A DNA stretch of 64,000 nucleotides. It comes from a virus (taxonomy: Duplodnaviria; Caudoviricetes). Under the pieces are notes generated by a model that saw only the letters and a program-made list of their open reading frames with translations, was not told where the DNA came from and did not search any database. This document shows positions 39,547 through 50,000 of this stretch, piece after piece. A program made the translations under genes and the position numbers. The stretch is from positions 26,044 to 90,043 of IMG/VR virus record IMGVR_UViG_3300037067_002514; one strand, 5' to 3'. Within the stretch, counting starts at the first letter, position 1, and each line of letters opens with the position of its first letter.

Positions 39547-39577
39547 TATAGGGTAAGTTTACTAGACTTACCCTATA
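39547..39577. terminator. 12-bp hairpin immediately after the portal stop
   Basis: TATAGGGTAAGT-N7-ACTTACCCTATA; no clear U-tract on the minus strand. Confidence 0.45.
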
Positions 39578-39579
39578 TT

Positions 39580-42108
39580 TTACTTTACTTCCTCTTTTGC
39601 CTTTGGTGTTGTTTCCTTATTCTGTAAATTTGGGGATGAATAAGGAACCACTGGAGATTCATCAACACCATACTTTACATACATTTCCTTCTCTTCTGCC
39701 TTCCTCTCTAGTTCTGATTGTAAATCAAGACCTTGCATCTCCAGTCTAGTAGTTCTAGAAAGAGAACCCTCTAAGTATAGTTTCTCACCTATTGTATTCA
39801 AATCAAGAAGCTTATATAGCTTCATAGGTTCAAAAGTAGGTTCAGCTACACCTTTAAAGTCATTCTTTTCTTGTATCTCCTTAAACAAATCAACTGCCCA
39901 CTGTACAAATTTATCTCTTATTGCATCCATAGTAGCAATAGGACTAAATGTAGCTAGATCAGAACCTCCTGTTACATTAGATTTAGATGTTTCACCTGTA
40001 ATTAAAGTTCTAGGGAATCCAAATCCAGCTATAATATCCTCATCTACTGACTTGTACTTTTCCTGATTCAACATAGCCTCTGTATTAGGGTATATCCACT
40101 CTATAGTAAGAGTGTGGTTAGCAAATAGTTGGTATACCCTCTCACTTATACCATCAGGTGTCCAGAAGTTCATTTGAGATTTAATTGAGTCAAAATCACT
40201 ATTATCTGTTACTGGAAAATCCTTATCACCTAGCTTTATCATCTGGATAGCAGCAGTAACCCTAGAGGCTATACTATAATCCATCTTTCTAAGATTTCTT
40301 TTATGAGATAGTGCTTCCAATGCATTAGTCATATATGGAATAGGGTATGGGTCTTCTGGTAATGTTCTAGCCAATATAGGTCTTATATCCTCTAATGGAA
40401 TAGATATAGTAATGCCCTTAGAATCTCTTATTCTTTTTACAAAACTAGGATAATTCTTCTCTAGTAATGACCTAGCCTCAATATCCTCTGGTGATAGGCT
40501 TGATACTGGTTCTTTAATTATACGTAGTATTTCTGGGGATACCTTAACTAAGTATAATCTATTATTTGGTATTGGGGTAAACTTTACACTAATAGATGCT
40601 GGGTCTCTAAACCAGAAATTACTAGGAAGGATATATCTAGTTCTTGAATCAAGATTATGTGATAGGTCACTACCTTTAACTCTAACCCACTCATAATGTG
40701 GTATTACTAACCCAGAAAGAAGGTATTCAAGACAAGCGTTTCTAAAGAACTCCTTTAGTGTGGGATTTAATGCCCCGTAAACACTAATCTCTTTATCAGT
40801 ACACTTATTTCTCTTAACATTAATAGCTGAAATGCAACAATCGACCATCTTGTTTAGGATAGTATTTCCACACCAACAAGGTTTTCCATTTCTTCTAACA
40901 TACATTATATGATTAGGTACTTCTACGCAGTGAATAGTTCCATCATAATCAATTACTGATACATCTTTAGGACTAAGCCTTGACCCACTCGTTCTTTTTA
41001 AGAAAGATAGCGTATACCCATCATAGTTAGCTGTTATAAATCTATTCTGACTCTTAAAGTAAGAAGGTACACCAGCTTTATGGGATAAACGATATACTGC
41101 ACCATTATACCTTGATTTAATAGCTAACTCCATTAAATCATCCCTTAATTTTACTGAACTAGTCCAACAAACCATACCGTTATTCTTAGACTTCTCACTA
41201 TGGTTTCCATCCCCTTTTCTGTAGTAATCCAAGAGAATCCTTATCTGTCTAGTAGATAAATTCTTATATAATTCAGGAATAAATTTATTATGAGCACCAG
41301 TAATCTCCCTTAGATACTCATGTATATGCCTGTTTGAAAATTGTATATAATTTTTGTTCTTTAAGTTATGAATATTGATATACCAGGATTCAAGGATACC
41401 TTTTATTTCATTTAAAGTATCGTGGTTTGAATTAGTTAGGTTAATACTGTGTTGACCTTCTACCTTACTAACACATCCCTCTGCAACCCAAAATCCAAAA
41501 AATTTTAACCAATCATCCATCTTAACGTGTATAGTTTTATAGTCAAAAAATTCCTCTTCTTTACCTAACCATATTGCATCTCTCTTTATCTTTATTTGTT
41601 TACCAATAGTACTCTCAGCAGATGCTAGTTCATAAGACCAATCTTCAATAGGTTTATTATAGTTCTTATCATGTGTTCTAAAAGACACAAACATATTATG
41701 GTTTGGGGTAACAACAAGATTTATACCACTTTTTTTATTATAAAAGGTAACCATTTTACCTTTATAAGCCTTATTTACAAAACCTGTTGGTTTTTGATAC
41801 TCTATAGTGCCTGTCTCTTTATCTAGTGTCATTATTTCATCATCACTAGTTACTTCCTTAAAAAACTTCCACCCATTTCTAGTTAATACCTCTGTCTCAG
41901 AGTCATAGCACCCACTTATACTATCGAACTTATAGAAGAACCTGCACATCTTTACAATATCGTGGTAATTCCTTTTACTAATGTTAAGGTCATCCTTATA
42001 GTTATACATATATGCACTCTGACCTGGGCTATCCATTATGTTAGAACGCCACTCAGCTTGTGCTAGGTTACTATATTTGTTATCCATTTTACCTCTTATT
42101 CCAACCAC
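39580..42108 (-). CDS. Portal protein with intein (~493 aa spliced)
   Basis: Directly after the terminase; CRFFYKFD.., IPYMTNALEAL.HKRNLRKMDYSIA, IIAGFGFPRTLITG. Confidence 0.8.
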   Translation of the reverse strand: MVGIRGKMDNKYSNLAQAEWRSNIMDSPGQSAYMYNYKDDLNISKRNYHDIVKMCRFFYKFDSISGCYDSETEVLTRNGWKFFKEVTSDDEIMTLDKETGTIEYQKPTGFVNKAYKGKMVTFYNKKSGINLVVTPNHNMFVSFRTHDKNYNKPIEDWSYELASAESTIGKQIKIKRDAIWLGKEEEFFDYKTIHVKMDDWLKFFGFWVAEGCVSKVEGQHSINLTNSNHDTLNEIKGILESWYINIHNLKNKNYIQFSNRHIHEYLREITGAHNKFIPELYKNLSTRQIRILLDYYRKGDGNHSEKSKNNGMVCWTSSVKLRDDLMELAIKSRYNGAVYRLSHKAGVPSYFKSQNRFITANYDGYTLSFLKRTSGSRLSPKDVSVIDYDGTIHCVEVPNHIMYVRRNGKPCWCGNTILNKMVDCCISAINVKRNKCTDKEISVYGALNPTLKEFFRNACLEYLLSGLVIPHYEWVRVKGSDLSHNLDSRTRYILPSNFWFRDPASISVKFTPIPNNRLYLVKVSPEILRIIKEPVSSLSPEDIEARSLLEKNYPSFVKRIRDSKGITISIPLEDIRPILARTLPEDPYPIPYMTNALEALSHKRNLRKMDYSIASRVTAAIQMIKLGDKDFPVTDNSDFDSIKSQMNFWTPDGISERVYQLFANHTLTIEWIYPNTEAMLNQEKYKSVDEDIIAGFGFPRTLITGETSKSNVTGGSDLATFSPIATMDAIRDKFVQWAVDLFKEIQEKNDFKGVAEPTFEPMKLYKLLDLNTIGEKLYLEGSLSRTTRLEMQGLDLQSELERKAEEKEMYVKYGVDESPVVPYSSPNLQNKETTPKAKEEVK
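40864..41910 (-). mobile_element. Intein with LAGLIDADG endonuclease (349 aa) in the portal
   Basis: SISG/CYDSETEVLTRNGW...VTPNHNM...FGFWVAEG...YRKGDG...CVEVPNHIMYVRRNGKPCWCGN/T. Confidence 0.93.
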
Positions 42109-45100
42109 CAGAAGCTAGGTCACTGTACTTACCTGTTATACCTTTTGGTTGTGTTGGTGAATACATTTTATTATATATACCATATACCCAAGTCAATAAT
42201 GATGCAAGGATATGATCATCCCCTTTCTGACCACCATTAGGGGAATATACAAAATACTTTGGAACACCTAGCATATCTCTTGTAAAACCAACCCTCTCTA
42301 ACTCAGATATTACATCATCATCTTGTCTTGATAAAGCTATTATCTGATCATTTTGAGTCCACTTTTGTAGAGTTTGTATAGTGAACTTTCTTACTCTATC
42401 CTTAATTTCAGTACCATCTTCCTCATACCCAGTTACCACGTTACCTTGAAAATCAACTGGTACTAGTCTATCTAGGTTTGCTTTATCCTTAAATTGGGGT
42501 AAATCTGCTAGTATTTGAAGTAAGGCTAATCCGCTTGAACCATTATCAACGGTTATCATATTAAACCTATATATTGAATCAAGGAATCCAATTATATTAG
42601 CTTGTATAGGGTACTTTATTCTCCTTAGTTCAAACCTAGCTAACTCTCTCCATATACCCTTAGATAGATATAAAATAGTAAATATAGATGGGTCATTAGA
42701 GAAACCACAATCACAATTTCCACACCACACTGGTTTTCCACACCTTCTTACATAAAGAATATGATTAGGAACCTCTGCACAATACACCATATCATCATAC
42801 GTACTAGTAGAAACATGTTGTACCCCTCTGGTATTTAAAACTGGGTTCAAGTACTTAGTTTGAAAGTTAATGTGGTAGAAAACCCTTCTTGTAAAACCAT
42901 TAGGTGCTTTTCTCCCTATATCATCTGTAACCTTTATTATTCCAGAATACCCAAGCCTAAAAACTAGTTCTTGGAAATCATCAGCTAACTGTTTAGAGGA
43001 AGTACCATAATGGTTATAACCCTTTGTACCATCCCCTAACATTAGAGCTTTAAATAGGTATAGTAAGTACTTTTTATCTAAATTAAGAAATTCTCTAGGG
43101 ATGTACTTTAAGTAAGATTTAGTCATACTAAATCCACCTAGATAATTACTTAATTGAGTATCATAGAGGGTAAAACCACCATCATTACTAGTATAGTTAA
43201 ACCCATTATCCTTAAGAAAGTTATCTATAACCACAAAATTTTCATAATTTGTTTTTTTACTTTGACTAATACAAACTCTTCCATAACCAGTAAACCCCTC
43301 TGATATAAAATATCCAAGAAGTTCCATAAATACTTCAGTTTTTAATTCTAGGGGTTTTTCCTTACCTTTGTATACCCTAATACCACCTCGTTTACCTATA
43401 ACCTCTTTAGTATACCCTGGAATACTTATAGTATCCCTTGTCTCCCCTTTATAATTACAAGTATTCATGAATTTCATTGAATCATTAGATACATCCTCAA
43501 TATTTACTAGTTCAAATTTATTATTGATGTAACCACCACGTTTCTTATGAGAAACATATACTTTATGATTAGGTGTTACTTTTAGATCAATAAACCTACT
43601 ACCAATATTATACATATCACCAGTATATTTATAGGATATAAGCTTTCTTGGAAATTGATACTCTATATTCCTATCAACCCCAAGAGTAGCTAACTTATCT
43701 ATATAAGTTACATCTTTAAATAACTTCCAACCACTATTTGTTAATACCTCTGTATCTTTATCATAACACGCCAAACAAATTAAGTCATGAGTCAATGGTT
43801 CAGGACAATCTAACAAGGAACTAAAATTACCTTGATTTTGTTCTAGACTTATATTGTTAATACTGCTTCTTGCTACTGGATAGTCCTCTATTAGCATCAA
43901 TTTTCTATCAAATACACTAAAGGCTGGACTACCATGTTCCCCACAATTATGTACTATGTATGATGGTAAACAATATGTTCCACTTTCAGTAGTTAAGTTA
44001 TATACCTTACCTGAAAAAGGTAATTTATTTAATTCTTTAACTCTAACTGTATAAAGACCATCATTGATATACCTACGTTTACTGTCCTCTGTAAGACTAA
44101 GTACATAAGAATCTCTAGTAGTATTTTTACTTTTATTATCTAATATTTGTACTAGTCTTCCACCAGGATTTTTAGATATAGTAGAGAACACCCCCAATCT
44201 AAATAGAAGCAATCTTATGCTATTTATTAAATTTATAGAAACAGATACACAAGATTTCTCATTATATCTATCCCCTTTTCTCACTGTTCCATCACCCTCA
44301 AAATAAGCATCCACCATAGGTTTAATTTTATCAATATTAAGGTTTAGTATAATTGGATTAATACTTTTACCCCAAGAGTACTTCCCACACAAGGATACAA
44401 AAAGTCTACATAATAAAGTACTATACACTTTAACATAAAGGCTATTACCTCTACCTTTACTAATAGTTGCAGTTAAGTTAAATTTATCCTTTAAAATTCT
44501 AGATAGATTATTGGCAACATTGGTTTCATCACCACTCAAACAAAACTGTAAACACTGTTCTCTTATAGATGAACCTTCTGCTAAATACCAACCTAGTAGC
44601 GTCATAAAATCATAATCCAAATCTACTTTGTTTTGTAGGTCTCCTTTTATAGTTTTATTATTAATATACTTTCCACTTTTAATTCTATTACTAGATACCC
44701 TAACTCTATCACCAACTAGTATTACATCACTAACTAAATCACTTATGTTTATGCTACTAATATTATTAGAATAGCTGGATAATGGATAATGTAACCTGTG
44801 TTCTTTAGTTATTTCTTTAGCCTTAATAAACTCCCTGTTATAATTAATATACTCTTGTTTATTACATTTATTACACCCATACCAGCATTTCCAATCAAAC
44901 TTTCCACAGGATGTACACTTACTTGTTTTAGTGGATAGAATTGGGTGTTCTGGGGTAGAATAATAAGTTCTATAGTCACCAAAAGTTTTTATCCCTACTA
45001 AATCACCAGTATATTCCCTGTTCTGTATTTCAGTTACTTTAGTATACAAACCATTAGCAGAAAGAACATAATCACCTACTTTTATACTAGTTATATCTTT

Positions 45101-46345
45101 TATACCTTCACTAGTAACAATAGGTGTACCCTCTGGAAAGCATACTAGGTGCACAAAATCATCAGAATCTTCACCACCATATTGCTTAAGGTCATTTTTA
45201 TACTGTTCTTTTGTATAACGTGGACTCATTAAACGAGATAGATTATGCCTAGAAAACTTTTCATCTTGTTGATCACATACGAATAGTACGTTTCTTTCTC
45301 TTAAACCATTAGGTACACCTGAAACCCAAACACCAAAGTTATCTTCCCACCCATTTAATGTTTGAAGCAGGGAGTTCCATGCTAACCAATTTATTAATTG
45401 TGATTCATCGACATAAATTTGGGGAACGTGCATACCCACGACATTACTATCTCCAGCTTGACCTACAATTCTACAACGTATCATAGAACCATTTAATAAT
45501 TTTATTTCATGGCTTGATACATTAATAGAATTCTTATCAATAAAATGTTTTAAAAGTGGATGTTTTCTAAATAATTGAATAAATCTAAGAAATATAGGGT
45601 CAAGTTGTGCACGATTAGGTGTAACTAATAAAACTTCATTTGCACTACCAGTCTTGAACTTATTTGATATTACATCATGTAATATACGTAATTGTAACAC
45701 CTCAGTATTATGTACTAATATATTATCCTGTATGTAATTATGATATTTTTCTACATATATAGAATATGTTTGTTCTATAATAGTAGGTACTATATTTTTT
45801 ACTCTAACCCATCTTAAGTCTGACTCTACTGGTTTATAGCCAAATTCACTTAAATTAGTAGGAATAGCTACATAGTCACCTACTTTTAAATTCTTTAATT
45901 CTACCCAACCATTAATAGTAAAGAAAGGATGATTATCTGTACATTCAGTTTCTCTTCCAGATTCAAGTGAGATTTTATATACTTGTTTTATTTCATCAGG
46001 AACACATCTAGCCTTAGATATTACAGGTTTAAGGTCTTCATTATAAGAGATAGCCTCAAACTCTTTATTGGATAATAGTCCTATCCTTACTTGAGAACCA
46101 TCACCTAAAGTTATAAGGGTATTATACGGACTACACTTCCCTGAAGCACGACCTGTACATACATCAATATAATGTGACTCATCAAGAATCATCCTCTTTT
46201 GGTAATTATCTAGGTGAAACTGTTTTGTCTCACCTTCTTCAAATACCTCAGTGGTGTTCTTTATGAATTCAGCAAATAGGTACTTGTCTTCTATTATTTC
46301 AAGTACATCTAAATCTACACTTTTAAGTTCTTGCTTTTGTTTCAT
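42089..46345 (-). CDS. Terminase large subunit with three inteins (525 aa spliced)
   Basis: Walker A TGRASGK/T, Walker B IYVDESQ, VSGVPNG coupling motif, nuclease LA/CDCGFSNDPS and KGDDHILAS. Confidence 0.92.
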   Translation of the reverse strand: MKQKQELKSVDLDVLEIIEDKYLFAEFIKNTTEVFEEGETKQFHLDNYQKRMILDESHYIDVCTGRASGKCSPYNTLITLGDGSQVRIGLLSNKEFEAISYNEDLKPVISKARCVPDEIKQVYKISLESGRETECTDNHPFFTINGWVELKNLKVGDYVAIPTNLSEFGYKPVESDLRWVRVKNIVPTIIEQTYSIYVEKYHNYIQDNILVHNTEVLQLRILHDVISNKFKTGSANEVLLVTPNRAQLDPIFLRFIQLFRKHPLLKHFIDKNSINVSSHEIKLLNGSMIRCRIVGQAGDSNVVGMHVPQIYVDESQLINWLAWNSLLQTLNGWEDNFGVWVSGVPNGLRERNVLFVCDQQDEKFSRHNLSRLMSPRYTKEQYKNDLKQYGGEDSDDFVHLVCFPEGTPIVTSEGIKDITSIKVGDYVLSANGLYTKVTEIQNREYTGDLVGIKTFGDYRTYYSTPEHPILSTKTSKCTSCGKFDWKCWYGCNKCNKQEYINYNREFIKAKEITKEHRLHYPLSSYSNNISSINISDLVSDVILVGDRVRVSSNRIKSGKYINNKTIKGDLQNKVDLDYDFMTLLGWYLAEGSSIREQCLQFCLSGDETNVANNLSRILKDKFNLTATISKGRGNSLYVKVYSTLLCRLFVSLCGKYSWGKSINPIILNLNIDKIKPMVDAYFEGDGTVRKGDRYNEKSCVSVSINLINSIRLLLFRLGVFSTISKNPGGRLVQILDNKSKNTTRDSYVLSLTEDSKRRYINDGLYTVRVKELNKLPFSGKVYNLTTESGTYCLPSYIVHNCGEHGSPAFSVFDRKLMLIEDYPVARSSINNISLEQNQGNFSSLLDCPEPLTHDLICLACYDKDTEVLTNSGWKLFKDVTYIDKLATLGVDRNIEYQFPRKLISYKYTGDMYNIGSRFIDLKVTPNHKVYVSHKKRGGYINNKFELVNIEDVSNDSMKFMNTCNYKGETRDTISIPGYTKEVIGKRGGIRVYKGKEKPLELKTEVFMELLGYFISEGFTGYGRVCISQSKKTNYENFVVIDNFLKDNGFNYTSNDGGFTLYDTQLSNYLGGFSMTKSYLKYIPREFLNLDKKYLLYLFKALMLGDGTKGYNHYGTSSKQLADDFQELVFRLGYSGIIKVTDDIGRKAPNGFTRRVFYHINFQTKYLNPVLNTRGVQHVSTSTYDDMVYCAEVPNHILYVRRCGKPVWCGNCDCGFSNDPSIFTILYLSKGIWRELARFELRRIKYPIQANIIGFLDSIYRFNMITVDNGSSGLALLQILADLPQFKDKANLDRLVPVDFQGNVVTGYEEDGTEIKDRVRKFTIQTLQKWTQNDQIIALSRQDDDVISELERVGFTRDMLGVPKYFVYSPNGGQKGDDHILASLLTWVYGIYNKMYSPTQPKGITGKYSDLASGGWNKR
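42716..43768 (-). mobile_element. TerL intein c, LAGLIDADG (351 aa), at the nuclease active-site strand
   Basis: ICLA/CYDKDTEVLTNSGW...LLGYFISEG...LMLGDG...CAEVPNHILYVRRCGKPVWCGN/C. Confidence 0.93.
43946..45142 (-). mobile_element. TerL intein b, LAGLIDADG (399 aa)
   Basis: VHLV/CFPEGTPI...STPEHPI...LLGWYLAEG...YFEGDG...YNLTTESGTYCLPSYIVHN/C. Confidence 0.93.
45707..46135 (-). mobile_element. TerL intein a, mini-intein (143 aa) in Walker A
   Basis: ASGK/CSPYNTLI...CTDNHPF...YSIYVEKYHNYIQDNILVHN/T; no endonuclease motifs. Confidence 0.93.
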
Positions 46346-46895
46346 TGTTAACCGTACAAATATTATGGCATTTTGAACACTCTACCGAGAAGGTAAAAGA
46401 TACTGGTTTTATTTCCTTACCTTCATAGGCTATGGCACCCTTTTCACCGTCTTCTGTTACATAGACCAAATACTTTGCTAGTAATATGTTACATTGAGGA
46501 CACTTCAATACTTTTAACCTTTTTTGCATATACTCTTTAGCTTGAGATTGTAATCTAAAAATATATGCTTGAGGGGATTCCTCTGATTCTGATTGTCTTC
46601 TCTGTCTATCAATACCCAAGCTTTTTTCAACATCAAGCCTAGCTTGAGTTGTTGTTTGAAGGGCTTGTGTTAAATTCTTTATTTCACTAGTCTGAGAAGT
46701 AGGATTTAAAGAGTCTATCCTCTCTTGTAGTTTCCTAGCATTTATCTCATACTGACACAATTGCCTTAAAGATTCAAGGTCATTAGCAGAATTTAATTCA
46801 TCTAGTTCATATATCTCAAGGTATTTCTTTAATCTATCCTCTAGCTCAGAACCTTTTTTCTTTCTACCCATCCTCTCTCCTGAATATAATGCCAT
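46323..46895 (-). CDS. Putative terminase small subunit with C-terminal Zn ribbon (probable start MGRKK at 46871)
   Basis: Directly upstream of TerL; helical core with EKSLGID; CPQC...CSKC. Confidence 0.55.
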   Translation of the reverse strand: MALYSGERMGRKKKGSELEDRLKKYLEIYELDELNSANDLESLRQLCQYEINARKLQERIDSLNPTSQTSEIKNLTQALQTTTQARLDVEKSLGIDRQRRQSESEESPQAYIFRLQSQAKEYMQKRLKVLKCPQCNILLAKYLVYVTEDGEKGAIAYEGKEIKPVSFTFSVECSKCHNICTVNNETKART

Positions 46896-47094
46896 CCTGA
46901 CTTATATCTAGGTTAGTTCCTAAGTATACAAATACAGGTAATTTCTCTCTCCTCCTGTTAATTTCTAGATTACGAAGATAAACAACCCAAGGTTCTTTTG
47001 AGAATATACTTTCTTTCCAGACTGTGTAGCAATTATTACAGTATAGGTTTGAACCAATTACCTCTTTTCCACAAATAGAGCATTCATATTTCAT
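46864..47094 (-). CDS. Small Zn-finger protein
   Basis: CSICG...YCNNC. Confidence 0.5.
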   Translation of the reverse strand: MKYECSICGKEVIGSNLYCNNCYTVWKESIFSKEPWVVYLRNLEINRRREKLPVFVYLGTNLDISQDGIIFRREDG

Positions 47095-47095
47095 A

Positions 47096-50000
47096 TTAAT
47101 CCACAGGTGTAAACGACCTCTTAGGAAATTCCCATTCCCTTCTTGTTTTATTCCAAGAAGACACTGGGGTAAAGAACCCTATAACTCTAGTATACTTTTC
47201 AATTATATGGTTACCACATTCTGGGCATACCTCTAAATTACCAAAATTTACATGGGCATTATCACACTCACTGTATACTGAATTTAAAGCAAAATGCTCA
47301 CATCCAGATTCCGCTGCATAGTTTATTAGCCTCATATTCTGAGTTGATGTAGTCTTTTCACCAAGATTAAAGTGAACTATACCGCCACCAGTTATCAACT
47401 TATTATACTTACCATCCGTATCCATTCTATCCCATATAGATGCATTCTCCCATAAAGGAATAAACTGATTAGAGTATAACTCAAAAGGCACTGACTCTGT
47501 ACCATATATCATTTTGTCAACATTACAAAGACGAACAGCCATTGTCTCACCTGGAATCTGCTCTATATTAAATGGTTTTGAGGTAGCTGTAGTAGCCTCT
47601 TTTGCCTTCTTATCTAATAGAGATAGCATATCAGCCATTATATCACCATCATAATGTACAAATCTTTTTTCTAGGGTTAGTTTAGCCTCTGTATTCCCTA
47701 TTATTCCTATAGTACTAAACATCCTATCTAGTCTAAGCCAGTGATTAGATATAAACGGTTGTAATCCAGATTTTACTGTATCCTGTATTAGTGACCTATG
47801 AGCTACCAATATTTTAGCGGTATCATCAACTCTTTTCTCTAACCTAGTAAGAAAGTCTGAATAACTAGAACACTCTAATGCTATTCTATTAAAATTAATA
47901 ACTACTACCCTATGTGAACCTAATGATAACCCTGAACCACCAAAGGAATTAGATTGTCCACCAAGTTCAAACATCTCTGAATTTGAGACCAAACGACAAC
48001 AACTCGCAACCTTACTACCCTCACTTACTAGGATATTATATCTGAAAATATCATGCTTAGATATCATCTTAACAAACTCTAAATCCTGTAACTTTATATC
48101 CCCATTAGTCTTTTTTGAACAGTTTATGGTACAGTTAGAGGTTTTTACTCCACAAGGTAATGTGTATATATGATCTTCTGACTCTACTTCCATATTATAT
48201 ACATCCTCTTGCTTATCCAAAACTATAGGAATTATACCCGTAATTTTAAATACTTCTCTAAGTTTAAGTTCCTTATCACTATAGTACTTAAGAAATTCAC
48301 CATTCTTAAACTTACCACTACAAACTTCAAACCTACTTAATAATGATAGAGTAAGTGGTTTATTAAAACTAATGTAATAAGACTCACTACATTTCTTAAA
48401 AAATGGGTGTTTTCTAGGGGGGATAACCCGTATTTTAGAAGATATCCCTATACTGTTTACTAGATACTGTATTGACTCAGCACCCCTTTTGCTTACTGTT
48501 GTAAAATGAATATATCTATTAACATGGCCATCTCCTTCTATGAGACCACAGTATATACCCCACTTAAATACGTCTGGGGTATATACTAGGTCTAGATTAA
48601 ATTCCTTATTTTCACACCCATTACCAACTATGGTATCTAATAAGTTTCCAAGTGTTCTTGAATAAAAACATAGTTGAGTTCCATTAGAAATGAGAGATGG
48701 TCTCTCCTGTGTATGATGTATACCTATGGAATCTAGAAAATTTTTTGAGAAAGTAATTAAATCTGTCTCCTTTTTATTAAAGGATAGACCCAACTCACCA
48801 TTAGAATTATGCCCCTCTGAATAGTAAAGTCCAAGAAAATAACCAAAAGAGAAATCAAAGGGTATGATGTTATTAATAGCCCCCTTCTGTTTTGATTCTC
48901 TGGTCTTAACTAATTCTTCATCTGGTTTACACAATATGTCATTATCAGTAAGTTCTTTAAGTAAGTTATATGGCATACTCCTTTTGTGATTAAATGGAAT
49001 AGTATTGTTGCATAAAGTGTAACCAAGAGTATTTAATAAGTTCTCAGTGTGTTTATTATAACGTAATTTATATCCTAATACAGATAGATCATTTACATAG
49101 TCTGATACTACTAATTCTTCTTTAACTGGAATAGAACAAGATAAAGATAGTGGTATTTCATCACCTTTAACTAGGTCTTTAGCGCATTTAAACAGACCAT
49201 TAGATAGTGGGAATTTATGTTCTGGAGTTACTCTAATAACCTTTCCAGATAGCCCTACTATATCTATGAACTCCTTTGATGTACCTCTATACACAGACGT
49301 AATTTTAACTTCATTAAAATCTTTAGTAGTATACATGCCATTTATACCTCTTGTCCAACCATAACTAAATGATGAAAAGGCACCCTTAAATGTAGTTAAT
49401 TTATTATTTATTATTACAGATTCGTTACCTGGAAAACAAACAGGAAAGCGAAATGGCTTTCCACCAGAAAGAGCATCCCCTTTATCAAAGAAATCCATAA
49501 ATATTTTCTGTAATTCCATTATATATTCAACAACATACTCTAATTCTACATCTTGGAAATACCATCCCATATTCTCACTAGAAAGGAGTGTACGTAGCTT
49601 TACACTATCAAATATTGATATATTTGAAAATGGTGAATTTCCAGATATAAATACCCTTCCACTCTTTCTATAAACTACAATGCCATCCTCTGTAGTTGGA
49701 CACCAAACTACACCAGTATAATTAACTACTTTCCCAGACCCATTCTTGTCTGATCTTGTATAAAGTTTTACATACAAAGTGGGATTTTTATTACTAAGGC
49801 ACTCATATCTTTTATGACTACTGAACCCTGCTATAAACGCAATATGTTGAACTTGGTCTGCAATAATATCATTATCTACTTGAAGACAAGTTTTATTGTA
49901 GTTATTCCCCTCTACTTGACCATCAAAATGTGACCAAGTATCAATAAATAACTTAGCTTGTCTCCTGCTTAACTCAGACAAAAAGCTTGGTAACTCTTCT

